Source: Desulfurococcales archaeon (GTDB taxonomy: Archaea; Thermoproteota; Thermoprotei_A; Sulfolobales; NBVN01). Taken from it: a DNA stretch of 59,804 nucleotides. The notes beneath the pieces are model-generated. The model saw only the letters and a program-made list of their open reading frames with translations, did not search any database and had not been told where the DNA came from. A program made the position numbers and the translations under genes. The DNA lies in NCBI GenBank assembly GCA_027064885.1, contig JAMOOZ010000044.1, forward strand, positions 1 to 59,804. Direction: 5' to 3'. Positions 9,609 through 19,011 of the stretch are shown here, one piece after another (position 1 is the first letter of the stretch; each line of letters opens with the position of its first letter).

Positions 9609-9643
9609 ATTTTATACCTCTGATGCACGCCGGCTAATACTCG

Positions 9644-10372
9644 TTACTTCTTAGGTCCCACTTCAGTATTACAGTACCTTCTCAAAATCTCCTTTATTAT
9701 TGAGGTACTTGACGCGATCTCTGGACCCTCTCTCCTAGGCATCCTCCTGATCTCGGCCTTTATGCCTCTTCGCTCAAGCTCTTTCTTCAAAAACTCCTCA
9801 TCCATGGGCTGGTCAGGACCTAAGAGTATTATATCAGGCCTTACACGCTCTACGGGCTTAAGCAGATCGGCATCATCGCCTAGAAGGGCCTTATATACGT
9901 ACTTTATGGATGATACCACCTCTAACCGCATGTTCTCAGGCATTATTGGAAGCCTTCCCTTGAACCTTTGAACGTTTTTGTCCCTAGCAACCACTGCGTA
10001 GACTAGTCCAAGTTTCCATGCCTCTCTTAAGAAGCGTATGTGTCCAGCGTGTATTATATCGAAAGTGCCGGCAACCAGTACCTTTTTAGGTCTCTCTCGC
10101 CTCCATGAAATATTCACTAACCCCATAATCCTTAGAGCGTCAAGCAATCCCTCGGCATAAGATACGCATGCTAATGCCGTGGATAGGTCTCCGGCGCTTA
10201 AGTAGTACCTAGCGTCATCACGGTATAACTTAGCTAAGTTCAGAACCTCCAAGGCTTTCGGATTACGTTCCAGCAAATCGCTACTCAGTTGTTCGAGAGC
10301 CTTAGAAACCATCTCTAAATACATCCTGACTCTAGATGCAAGCGTCTCTTCAAGGTTCTCTGCAGAATTCAT
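9644..10372 (-). CDS. ribL: DUF357-like domain fused to RibL-type FAD synthetase / cytidylyltransferase-family domain
   Basis: N-terminal Y..DARYYL..GD..TALACVSYAEGLLDA (DUF357-like); C-terminal AGTFDIIHAGH HxGH motif, PDIILLGPDQ, SSTSII. Confidence 0.85.
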   Translation of the reverse strand: MNSAENLEETLASRVRMYLEMVSKALEQLSSDLLERNPKALEVLNLAKLYRDDARYYLSAGDLSTALACVSYAEGLLDALRIMGLVNISWRRERPKKVLVAGTFDIIHAGHIRFLREAWKLGLVYAVVARDKNVQRFKGRLPIMPENMRLEVVSSIKYVYKALLGDDADLLKPVERVRPDIILLGPDQPMDEEFLKKELERRGIKAEIRRMPRREGPEIASSTSIIKEILRRYCNTEVGPKK

Positions 10373-11141
10373 TCCCTATCACCGCGAGTGCCTCCTCCTC
10401 CATAAAGTGAGGCTTAGGGGATACTAATATTAATGTGTGCGGACCCTCACCCTCATAGTCAAGGAGTTCCTTAAGTTTGCGTGGACATATGCGCTGTTTG
10501 TGGGAGCCTAGCGCGGAAACAGCTACTGCCTTACGGTCACCGTTAATAACACTTTCTCTCTTAATGCTCTCTAATCTAAATAGTAACTTTACGGCCTCTG
10601 GTATGGTCATCATTATGCCCCTCTCCATGTCCATCTCAAGTAGTAATATAGTATGAAGGTTTCGTGAATCGTTATCTTTAATGACGTCGTACGGGTACTC
10701 TGAAATAATGCCGTTCCGAGGATACGTTAGTGTGACTGGCTTGCCGATCTTATATATCATTAAGCCAGCAAGCAATAGGGCATTGGGTATAATCCCTGGT
10801 GCAGGTACTACTTCAAAGCTATGTCCCTTATTCCTTGCTTCAATGAGTAAGGATACATGGGTAGTCGCTAGCAGAGGATTCCCTGTAACAAGTAACGCAA
10901 CATCTCCGTGCTCAAGCTCCCCTATAATTTCGGAACTTCTCTCCTCGAGCATGCTCCGATTAGCTAGTATTATGTCGTTGCGTCCGATAATCCTCTTAAT
11001 TTCGTCAAGAGGTTCGGGAAAGGAACTCGTATAGATATCCAGGTACACCTTACGCACATCTTTGATCTTTCTAAGTCCCCTTAGTGTGATAAGGTCAGGA
11101 CTTAACCCTAGCCCTATTAGGTATAACTTACCCATTCTCAT
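10350..11141 (-). CDS. dph5: Diphthine synthase (start may be ATG 11135)
   Basis: LYLIGLGL, YLDIYTS, GNPLLATTH, YKIGKPVTL, DNDSRNLHTILLL. Confidence 0.93.
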   Translation of the reverse strand: MRMGKLYLIGLGLSPDLITLRGLRKIKDVRKVYLDIYTSSFPEPLDEIKRIIGRNDIILANRSMLEERSSEIIGELEHGDVALLVTGNPLLATTHVSLLIEARNKGHSFEVVPAPGIIPNALLLAGLMIYKIGKPVTLTYPRNGIISEYPYDVIKDNDSRNLHTILLLEMDMERGIMMTIPEAVKLLFRLESIKRESVINGDRKAVAVSALGSHKQRICPRKLKELLDYEGEGPHTLILVSPKPHFMEEEALAVIGNEFCREP

Positions 11142-11613
11142 TCACCAACGTAAAGCCGTTGTAAGTTAAGTTGGGTTTCTCGTTACTTCCATTCCTGCTA
11201 AAAATATTGCAAACCTTATCTAGGGTTTCACGAATAAATCTCACTATATTTCCCCTTCCTGGTACTTTGAACGCAACGTATACACCATTCTTACTTATGG
11301 CTACCTGAGCCCCTAGCTCTACCAACTTACTGTACTGACTATTCATGAACTCACATACTAATACATTATCGGGGTTGATCTTTATCTCAAGGCGTAATGG
11401 CTCCGCTATATCAGCATAGGGAGCATACATTATGAGTAGATTAGCTTCGCTAAGGGGTTTACATCCGGAAATCCTGAAGTGTAATATGATCTTTCTAGCG
11501 CATTCTTCATCCGCCATAGCAAATACTGCAGCTAATAAATCACTACTAACTATTTCCTCCATGCTACTCATAAATGAAGTCAAGTCCATCTTTCTTAAGT
11601 TCCCGCCACTCAT
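11128..11613 (-). CDS. Hypothetical protein
   Basis: 161 aa ORF overlapping the dph5 start, operon-like; no motif recognised. Confidence 0.7.
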   Translation of the reverse strand: MSGGNLRKMDLTSFMSSMEEIVSSDLLAAVFAMADEECARKIILHFRISGCKPLSEANLLIMYAPYADIAEPLRLEIKINPDNVLVCEFMNSQYSKLVELGAQVAISKNGVYVAFKVPGRGNIVRFIRETLDKVCNIFSRNGSNEKPNLTYNGFTLVNENG

Positions 11614-11713
11614 TTCCCAATGTCACGCTCTCCGCAATACTCAAGGCAAACTAATCTTATTCACTCTTAAATGTCAGATCTCTTACATTAGTAAAAACCT
11701 AATGTTTTAATTA

Positions 11714-12691
11714 TTGACGTATTGTTTACGTAGAACGATCGTGCAGAGGACGGGAGTCTTGAGAAGCCTTGACTGGGTTGTCAAGAAGGCTGAAGAAATA
11801 TCAATGGATCACAGCTCCATTATGAAGTTCCTAGAGGAAATACTGACAATACTTAAAGAAAAGCAAAAGAACCGAATTGATCGATGGATCGCTGAGTCAC
11901 AACCTGTTACACCTTTCTTAATTATTGGAGACCTTCATGGAGATTTAGATACGTTAAGAACAATACTCTCAAGAACTTCTCATGAAAGGCTTGCTAAAGG
12001 AGAGCTTACCCTAGTTTTCCTTGGGGACTATGTTGACCGCGGCGAGTATCAAGTAGAAACTCTCCTGACGGTATTGCTACTTAAAAGAGAATTTCCTGAG
12101 AATGTTATATTACTTAGAGGTAATCATGAACCTCCTGAAAATCTCAAACCATACCCTCATGATTACCCCAGTATTTTACGGTCAAGGTATGGGTACATTA
12201 GAGGTCTGGAAATCTATGATAAGTCCCTCGAGGTTTTTAACAAGCTACCCTTAGTGCTTGTAGTTAGAAATCAGTTTGTGGCACTTCATGGCGGTCTACC
12301 CACCCAGACTTTCAAGAAGGAAGTTAGCTTAGTAGAGTACTTCATGGGTAAATCACAGAGCGAATACTTTGAAATTATGACTGAAATCCTCTGGAATGAT
12401 CCCATAGAGTCAAGTCATTACAGAATTCCATCCCCTAGAGGAGTTGGATACTTATTTGGCAGGCCCGTTACTGAGTGGTTCTTACACACATTCAGATTTA
12501 ATGTTGTGATTCGAGGACATGAGGCTGTTGACCGAGGCTTTAAGCTTAATCATGGAGGTAAAGTCATTACTCTCTTTAGTAGGCTTGGTCCGCCTTATTA
12601 CAACAGCAGAGCAGCATACATGGTAGTAGATACCTCCATAGAGAGGTGGTGGGCTAGGATAACTAATTTCATAGTTTCACTTTCTCGTTAA
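11714..12691 (+). CDS. PPP-family serine/threonine protein phosphatase (start uncertain)
   Basis: GDLHG, GDYVDRG, LRGNHE, HGG, LWNDP, RGHE motifs. Confidence 0.95.
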   Translation: MTYCLRRTIVQRTGVLRSLDWVVKKAEEISMDHSSIMKFLEEILTILKEKQKNRIDRWIAESQPVTPFLIIGDLHGDLDTLRTILSRTSHERLAKGELTLVFLGDYVDRGEYQVETLLTVLLLKREFPENVILLRGNHEPPENLKPYPHDYPSILRSRYGYIRGLEIYDKSLEVFNKLPLVLVVRNQFVALHGGLPTQTFKKEVSLVEYFMGKSQSEYFEIMTEILWNDPIESSHYRIPSPRGVGYLFGRPVTEWFLHTFRFNVVIRGHEAVDRGFKLNHGGKVITLFSRLGPPYYNSRAAYMVVDTSIERWWARITNFIVSLSR

Positions 12692-12785
12692 GTGTCTTTG
12701 ATAAGTGATCAATTAAATAATTTTTGGTTAATCTAAACTTAATATTTATAACTCCAGCAGGTATAAGTCCTTAAGGTGAACAGAA

Positions 12786-13478
12786 GTGTATAACATAGAC
12801 AGCATGTTCGAGATACCATTAAGTAACTCAGATATTGAGGAATTAAAAAGTGTACTTAGAGAAATCCGTAATCCTGTTAAAATAATAACATTCACTGCTG
12901 AGAACTGCAGATACTGTGGTAACACCGTCAACTTAATAGAGCTAGTGGTTAAGGCAAGTCCGCAAAGGAATGGAAGACCTCTAATAACACATGAAGTCGT
13001 AAAGTACAGTAAGGATAAGAAAGAATTCTTTGTAAAGTATGGTATCGACCGGGTACCAACGGTAGTGTTATTAGACGGTTACATAAAGTACATAGGTATG
13101 CCAGCAGGCGAAGAGATTAGGGGATTCATTGAAACAATTATTAGAGTAGGAACCGGGGATTCAGGGCTTAGTGAACGCACAAAGTCAGCGATTTCACAGA
13201 TCTCTAAGAAGACAGTGATCGATGTCGTAGTAACCCCAACCTGCCCATACTGCCCATACGCATCCTTGCTATCAAATATGTTCGCATATGAATCATATCG
13301 CAACGGTAAGAAATCCATAATAAGTAAGACCATAGAGGCTTACGAGAATCCTGACATTGCCGACATGTATAACGTAATGACTGTGCCTACTGTCGCTATA
13401 AACAGATCTGTCGAGTTCGTAGGCCCACCAACAGAAGATCAATTACTAAATAGAATACTAAAGCATGCCAAACACTAG
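12786..13478 (+). CDS. Protein disulfide oxidoreductase (two thioredoxin folds, PDO type)
   Basis: CRYC and CPYC motifs, RVPT, G.PAGEE, VMTVP. Confidence 0.93.
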   Translation: MYNIDSMFEIPLSNSDIEELKSVLREIRNPVKIITFTAENCRYCGNTVNLIELVVKASPQRNGRPLITHEVVKYSKDKKEFFVKYGIDRVPTVVLLDGYIKYIGMPAGEEIRGFIETIIRVGTGDSGLSERTKSAISQISKKTVIDVVVTPTCPYCPYASLLSNMFAYESYRNGKKSIISKTIEAYENPDIADMYNVMTVPTVAINRSVEFVGPPTEDQLLNRILKHAKH

Positions 13479-13618
13479 AGGAGCATTTAAACCCAGTACC
13501 TCGCTTTCTCTAATTTCTAGTTTCATAGTTTAAACACTTAGCCCAAGTAATATCTTAAGACTAGAGTCAGAAAGAGAATTACTGAAGGTTTGTCTATTGT
13601 GTTTCTATAGGTGGGGGC

Positions 13619-14776
13619 TCATTCAGCCTTAAACTTCTCATACCATGCTTCGTATACCTTAATGAGGTCTCTGTTAATGCTTGGTTTTATGCTCTCAAGA
13701 GCTACTTTGAAGTCTTCTAGCGTAACGGGCCTCGGGTCTCCTTTCCCTTCATTTTTCTCAAACAACTCTGTTATTACCCTCAGATGCGCCGCCATTACTA
13801 CATCTCTTATGTCGCTCCCGGAGTATCCTTTCAATGTATCGGCCAACAACTCAAAGTCAACATCAGGTGCTAGCTTTATGTTTTTAGTGAGTAATCGCAG
13901 TAGCTGAACCCTAGCTTCCCTATTAGGTGGCGGAACGTATATCCGTCTTTGGAACCTTCTAATGAAGGCTTTGTCGAGTTTCCATGGTTTATTTGTCGCT
14001 GCGATAACATATATGAACATCTTCTTTGACTTGCTTAGTAAGCCATCCATCTCCTGCAGAAATTGATTTCTAACCCTAACCTCCCCACCCACCTCAGTGT
14101 TGAATGTTCCTAGGAGCGAGTCCACCTCATCTATGAATATTATAACAGGTTTTCCTTGAACCGATAATTCTCTAGCCTTCTTAAATAGCTTAGCTACCTT
14201 ACCTTCAGCTTCACCCAACCACTTCGACATTATAGATGCTGCATCAATTTGAATGAACACCCCGTCTATCTCGTTTGCTACAGCAGCAGCTAGTAGTGTC
14301 TTACCACAACCAGGTGGGCCAAAAAGCAGTATCCCTCTAGGCCACCCAAGTTGCGGCGGAAAGAGATCCGGTCTCTTAGTAGGAAATATTATTGCTTCCT
14401 TTATCGCTCTCTTGGCATGTTCAAGATCGGCTATGTCATTAAATGTTACTTCAGGTTTTTCCTTGAGTACTAGGTCATCCACATCTTCATCATCGCCTCC
14501 AAGCGGTTTGGGACCTCCTACTGGGACTAATGTGGTGCGTAGGCTCTCTAAGTCCCTTATCCTTTTCTTGTATTGCCTTATCCAGTCCTTATATATGGTG
14601 TTTAAGCCGTTGTCGGGATATAGCTGTATTATTTTCGTGAGGACTCTTATGGCGTTCTTGTAGTACTTAACTGCCTCACCGAAGTTCCCTTCCTTATCAT
14701 GCATTACAGCCTGGATTGCATAGCGGCGGGCCATATCCTCTAAGTAAGGCAAGGCGTTGCTACTCATTGCCCCCAC
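13619..14776 (-). CDS. cdvC: Cell division AAA ATPase CdvC (Vps4-like)
   Basis: N-terminal MIT domain, GPPGCGKT, IFIDEVD, FIRRFQRR; last gene of the cdv operon. Confidence 0.96.
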   Translation of the reverse strand: MGAMSSNALPYLEDMARRYAIQAVMHDKEGNFGEAVKYYKNAIRVLTKIIQLYPDNGLNTIYKDWIRQYKKRIRDLESLRTTLVPVGGPKPLGGDDEDVDDLVLKEKPEVTFNDIADLEHAKRAIKEAIIFPTKRPDLFPPQLGWPRGILLFGPPGCGKTLLAAAVANEIDGVFIQIDAASIMSKWLGEAEGKVAKLFKKARELSVQGKPVIIFIDEVDSLLGTFNTEVGGEVRVRNQFLQEMDGLLSKSKKMFIYVIAATNKPWKLDKAFIRRFQRRIYVPPPNREARVQLLRLLTKNIKLAPDVDFELLADTLKGYSGSDIRDVVMAAHLRVITELFEKNEGKGDPRPVTLEDFKVALESIKPSINRDLIKVYEAWYEKFKAE

Positions 14777-14792
14777 CCTCTTAGCCCGCCGC

Positions 14793-15662
14793 TTAGAATG
14801 TTATTTTGTTCTGTTCCTTTAACCTATGGAGAGATGACATTATATCTCGCTTCTCAACACCCAGCTTAACTGCTAGGTCACCGATGTCAATGAAACCTCC
14901 ATGCATGAGTATGTATTCTAGCACAGCTCTATCTATTTCATCTGGCTTAGGTTTCCTGACACCCACCTTCGGCGTTGTTTTCACTTTCATAGCGTTCTCT
15001 TTGATCCTGATCTCCAAGCCCTTGCCCTGCCCAGGCGTCATTAACCCCAGCGGGATCTCAGGTAATTGATTCCTTACAGTCTCTTCCGCCACTCTCTCAA
15101 TATCTTCCAGGAGCTTCTTCGCTTCGGGTGTGTACTCTATGGCTGCCTCGGCGTTTATGTCGACAGCATCTGTGGTTTCGGCAACTACTGTCTTAGCCTT
15201 AGATATTAAGTTCTCGAGACTGTATGCCATATTTGGCATGACTCCCTGCACGTAGTCCTTAGCAGCCATGAGTAGGTTAACTGCCTCAACCATTGATCCA
15301 GGTAGGTTACTTATGTTCTCTATGGTTTCCAGTCTTAGCTTAACCTGCTCTAGTACCTTTTCAGCCACGAGGAGCTTTTTCACCACGCGCTTGACCTGTA
15401 TTGCTTCATTAGCATATATGAGAGCCCGGTCATTCTCCTTCCTTAGCATGGACGATATCGCTTGCTTTACTAGGTGACCGTGCCTCTTTTTGAGTCTAGT
15501 TATGCTTTCCTCGAGGTCGGACTTCACTACTTCAATGCTAGATATAAGCCCGGCTATCACATTTCTTTTGCTTCTGGCGTCGTTCTTGCTTCTAGCTCCC
15601 CATCCAATAAGGAAGAGCAGCCTCCTCAGCCCGCCCCCCTTCTCACCTATTGTAAAACTCAC
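14793..15662 (-). CDS. cdvB: Cell division protein CdvB (ESCRT-III with C-terminal winged helix)
   Basis: Snf7-like helical core (RALIYANE, VLEQVKLRLET), LPEIP MIM2-like motif, C-terminal wH (VLEYILMHGGFID). Confidence 0.93.
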   Translation of the reverse strand: MSFTIGEKGGGLRRLLFLIGWGARSKNDARSKRNVIAGLISSIEVVKSDLEESITRLKKRHGHLVKQAISSMLRKENDRALIYANEAIQVKRVVKKLLVAEKVLEQVKLRLETIENISNLPGSMVEAVNLLMAAKDYVQGVMPNMAYSLENLISKAKTVVAETTDAVDINAEAAIEYTPEAKKLLEDIERVAEETVRNQLPEIPLGLMTPGQGKGLEIRIKENAMKVKTTPKVGVRKPKPDEIDRAVLEYILMHGGFIDIGDLAVKLGVEKRDIMSSLHRLKEQNKITF

Positions 15663-15706
15663 CTTCCAACCCTCCCCTCACCTGTTGGGTTTTATTGGTG
15701 GTTTGT

Positions 15707-16414
15707 TTATGCCTCAATTATCTGAACCTGTATCGGTCCTTCATGCTGAACCTCAGGCTCGCCGGATTCCTTGACAGGCGCGTGGATCGATGCGGGCCTG
15801 TGTGCGCTGGTCGCTTCTGACTCAAGCTTAGTTATTATGTCTAAGTGCTTCTCAACGTCTTTCTTTTCCTCCGCGTTCCTGGCTTTCGCGTCTCTCAGGT
15901 AGTCTATGGCCGCTTTGTATGCTGATTCACTCACTTCATTGCTCATGTAGAGCACCATTAGGTTTGAGATGTCCTTCTCTAGCCTAATTATCTGGTCCTC
16001 TAAGTCATTAGCCCTCCTCCTGAGTAGGTCCTTTACCTTCCGAACCTCGTCTTTAACGCTCTTAAACTGGGCCTCTAGCTTCGTCTTTATCTCCTCGTAA
16101 GCATGGCCAGGTATACTTCCCTTTCTGTAAAGTTCCTCAACGGCTCGGATCCTCTTCCTTACTCTGTCAAGCTTATTCTCTGTGGTTATTGCCTTAACTT
16201 TCCACTCCGCCAGAACTATGACTCCATCAGGGGTGAGCTTGATCCTGTCAGAGCTTATCCTCTCTAGGCTGAAATCATTTAAGGCGATCTCAATGTTTTC
16301 GACATTGCCTGATACGTCAGTAAACGCGGTGAGGATCTTACCCATAATCCTGCCATATTCATCTTTTACGTTTTGACCCATGAACTTTTCAATTTGATCA
16401 ATAGTGACGACCAT
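15707..16414 (-). CDS. cdvA: Cell division protein CdvA
   Basis: PRC barrel (GQNVKDEYGRIMG), coiled coil, C-terminal PIQVQII ESCRT-III-binding peptide. Confidence 0.95.
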   Translation of the reverse strand: MVVTIDQIEKFMGQNVKDEYGRIMGKILTAFTDVSGNVENIEIALNDFSLERISSDRIKLTPDGVIVLAEWKVKAITTENKLDRVRKRIRAVEELYRKGSIPGHAYEEIKTKLEAQFKSVKDEVRKVKDLLRRRANDLEDQIIRLEKDISNLMVLYMSNEVSESAYKAAIDYLRDAKARNAEEKKDVEKHLDIITKLESEATSAHRPASIHAPVKESGEPEVQHEGPIQVQIIEA

Positions 16415-16559
16415 ACTCCACACCACGTTTAAGGTCTCGGTCTATGTTATGCTTAAAAAGCCTACAACTCAACAAGACGTAATCCCTTACTAGGGCTTGA
16501 AGCGACGTAATGAAGCATAATTAATAACTAAGCCAACACCTAAACAACGGTGAAAGTAA

Positions 16560-17840
16560 ATGGAATATGACATCGTGCATGTGAAAGGACTGCAGGTACT
16601 TGATTCTCGCGGCAACCCCACTGTAGAGGCTCTCGTGATTACGGAGGGGGGAGGTTACGGTAGAGCCATAGCACCAGCTGGCGCTTCTAAGGGTAAGCTC
16701 GAGGCTATAGACCTGAGAGATGGAGGAAAAGCTTATGGAGGAATGGGTGTCTCTAAGGCCGTAGAATCAATTAATAAGTACATAGCGTCAGCAATCCTCG
16801 GAATGGACGCCTCAGACTTCAGGGAAGTTGACCGCAAGATAATTGAGGTTGACGGGACACCCAACAAATCGAGGCTCGGAGGTAACGCATGCGTAGCGAC
16901 TTCACTAGCAGTCGTAAAGGCAGCCGCCGACACTGCTGGAGTACCGCTCTTTGAGTTTCTGGGAGGAAGGAGGGCCAGAACACTGCCCGTACCTCTAATG
17001 AACGTTATTAATGGCGGTGCTCACGCAGGCAATAAGTTAAGCATTCAGGAATTCATGATAGTTCCGGCTGGTGCTGACACGTTTAGTGACGCCATACGCG
17101 TAGCTGTTGAAGTGTATAAGTCACTAAAGTCGTACCTGAAGGAGAAGTACGGTCCATCCGCAATTAATGTTGGTGATGAAGGTGGATTCGCACCTCCTCT
17201 AGAGCTTACGAGAGATGCGCTGGATGCCCTTCTAGAGGCTATCAAGAGAGCTGGATATACTCCAGGCAATGAGATATTACTGGCTATGGATGCTGCAGCG
17301 TCACACTTCTATGAGGGAAACCAGGTCTACGAGATAGATGGAAAAGAACTCAGTAGCACAGAACTAATTGATTACTACATGTCATTAGTCAATGAGTACC
17401 CGTTAGTCCTTATAGAGGACCCGTTTGCTGAGGACGACCCCGAACCATTTAAGGAGTTAAGGGCAAAGCTAGGCGGGAAAGTAACTATTATAGGAGACGA
17501 TATTGTAGTAACACGTAAGGATTTAGCGGAGAAATACTTCGCAAGTGGATACATTGACGGAGCGATAATAAAGGTCAATCAGGTGGGCACATTCACTGAA
17601 GCTGAAGACACTATAAGGTACTTACTGAACTCCGGAGGCAAGGCAGTAATAAGTCATAGGTCAGGTGAAAGCGAAGATACTACAATAGCACATATAGTGG
17701 TTGCGTATGAAACAGGCCTAATAAAGACAGGCGCTCCCGCACGCGGAGAAAGAACAGCTAAATACAATGAACTACTTAGGATCGAGGATTATCTGGGCGG
17801 TGAAGCCATATTCGCGGGTAAAAAGGTATTTTTAAGGTAA
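16560..17840 (+). CDS. eno: Enolase
   Basis: LDSRGNPTVE, NVINGGAHA, GDEGGF, IEDPF, SHRSGE, KTGAPARGER. Confidence 0.98.
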   Translation: MEYDIVHVKGLQVLDSRGNPTVEALVITEGGGYGRAIAPAGASKGKLEAIDLRDGGKAYGGMGVSKAVESINKYIASAILGMDASDFREVDRKIIEVDGTPNKSRLGGNACVATSLAVVKAAADTAGVPLFEFLGGRRARTLPVPLMNVINGGAHAGNKLSIQEFMIVPAGADTFSDAIRVAVEVYKSLKSYLKEKYGPSAINVGDEGGFAPPLELTRDALDALLEAIKRAGYTPGNEILLAMDAAASHFYEGNQVYEIDGKELSSTELIDYYMSLVNEYPLVLIEDPFAEDDPEPFKELRAKLGGKVTIIGDDIVVTRKDLAEKYFASGYIDGAIIKVNQVGTFTEAEDTIRYLLNSGGKAVISHRSGESEDTTIAHIVVAYETGLIKTGAPARGERTAKYNELLRIEDYLGGEAIFAGKKVFLR

Positions 17841-18071
17841 GACCACAGCTATCCCTATTAACGCGAACCCCAGTGCTAGCAATAGCAACGAGAACTCCTT
17901 TATTTTCATTGATGAGATCATCTTGATGAGCTTGACGGATCCTGCTATTCCATACCCTATTGCAACAATCACTATCAGTGCGAAACCTATTACTGCAAGC
18001 CACTGGGCCACGCCGCTCACATTGGCCGACGTTATTGAGGACCATAAATTGTAGAGTACCTCTACGCCCAT
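17832..18071 (-). CDS. Small membrane protein (two predicted TM helices)
   Basis: 79 aa with two hydrophobic stretches; GGTGG SD before ATG. Confidence 0.7.
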   Translation of the reverse strand: MGVEVLYNLWSSITSANVSGVAQWLAVIGFALIVIVAIGYGIAGSVKLIKMISSMKIKEFSLLLLALGFALIGIAVVLP

Positions 18072-18153
18072 ACCACCACCACTCTTAAGGCTTCCAGCCC
18101 ACCTTACTTAAAAGACGTAAGGTTTTTACTCTGTTATTCCTTACTGGTAGTTA

Positions 18154-18209
18154 AGGAATGATGAAGGTTAAAAGCGATGAACGATGATTAGAGGCTGGGT
18201 TCTGACCAA
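18154..18209 (+). ncRNA. Box C/D guide sRNA (predicted target tRNA-Lys(UUU))
   Basis: C ATGATGA 18158-18164; guide AGGTTAAAAGCG; D' ATGA 18177-18180; C' ATGATTA 18184-18190; guide GAGGCTGGGTT; D CTGA 18202-18205. Confidence 0.9.
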
Positions 18210-18277
18210 ATCGCTCGGGAGCCTCGCGCGGAAACTCTAAAAACTTGAGTCAGGTAAAAGTAGTTGAGGTGAAGAAG

Positions 18278-18586
18278 ATGGTTAAGTGTCCCAGCTGCGG
18301 AACAGAAGTGCAACCTGAGCGAACATGGCAACTCGTCGCACCATTACCTGATGCTGAAGGGAGGATAACAATCACGGTCATGGGTTCCTTCAGGTGCCCC
18401 AAATGTGGGTATTCCTGGCGAGGGAAAGTCTCAACGTTGAAAGTAGGGCCAGAAGGTGAGGTCGAGGTAATTAGTGGTAAAACAAAGCGCAGGCGGCGGA
18501 GAAAGAAGGGAAAAAACGAGGAGAGTTCCGGCGGAACAGTAATAGAAATTGACTTGTCTGATATTTATGAAGAGGAGCAGATCTGA
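18278..18586 (+). CDS. Cren7-like chromatin protein with Zn ribbon and basic/acidic tail
   Basis: CPSC...TWQLVAP...VMGSFRCPKC...WRGKV resembles Cren7 (W.L.P...IG.F..P..G..FR); GAGGTGA SD before ATG 18278. Confidence 0.7.
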   Translation: MVKCPSCGTEVQPERTWQLVAPLPDAEGRITITVMGSFRCPKCGYSWRGKVSTLKVGPEGEVEVISGKTKRRRRRKKGKNEESSGGTVIEIDLSDIYEEEQI

Positions 18587-19011
18587 TGAAGCCCAAGAAT
18601 ATTGGTCTGATTGTTGAAGTGATAGTGGCTTCCCTGATATTTATCCTGCTCCTCCTTAACTTAACTGGAAACATAATGTTCGCCGTTGTCGAAGGGAAAT
18701 CCATGGAGCCATTGCTCCAAACCGGTGACTTAGTGCTGGTTGTTAAAACCTCACCTAATGATATTCATGTCGGTGATATTGTAGTATACAAAAGACCTGG
18801 CGGGGAGCTAGTCATACACAGAGTGTTGAAGATAGATAAGGCTGGTAATGAGTACCTGTATTTCATAAAAGGGGATAACAATCCATTACCCGACGGTGAT
18901 ATCCCTTATAGTTGGATCCTTGGTAAGGTCGTAGGTATTAATGGAAACGTATTCAAGGTGCCTGTATTAGGCTACCTCACCTTGGGGCTTAAATCTGTTC
19001 TCGGCAAGTAA
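18586..19011 (+). CDS. sec11: Signal peptidase I (Sec11 type)
   Basis: N-terminal TM, GKSMEP catalytic Ser, VIHRV, KGDNN..PD. Confidence 0.95.
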   Translation: MKPKNIGLIVEVIVASLIFILLLLNLTGNIMFAVVEGKSMEPLLQTGDLVLVVKTSPNDIHVGDIVVYKRPGGELVIHRVLKIDKAGNEYLYFIKGDNNPLPDGDIPYSWILGKVVGINGNVFKVPVLGYLTLGLKSVLGK

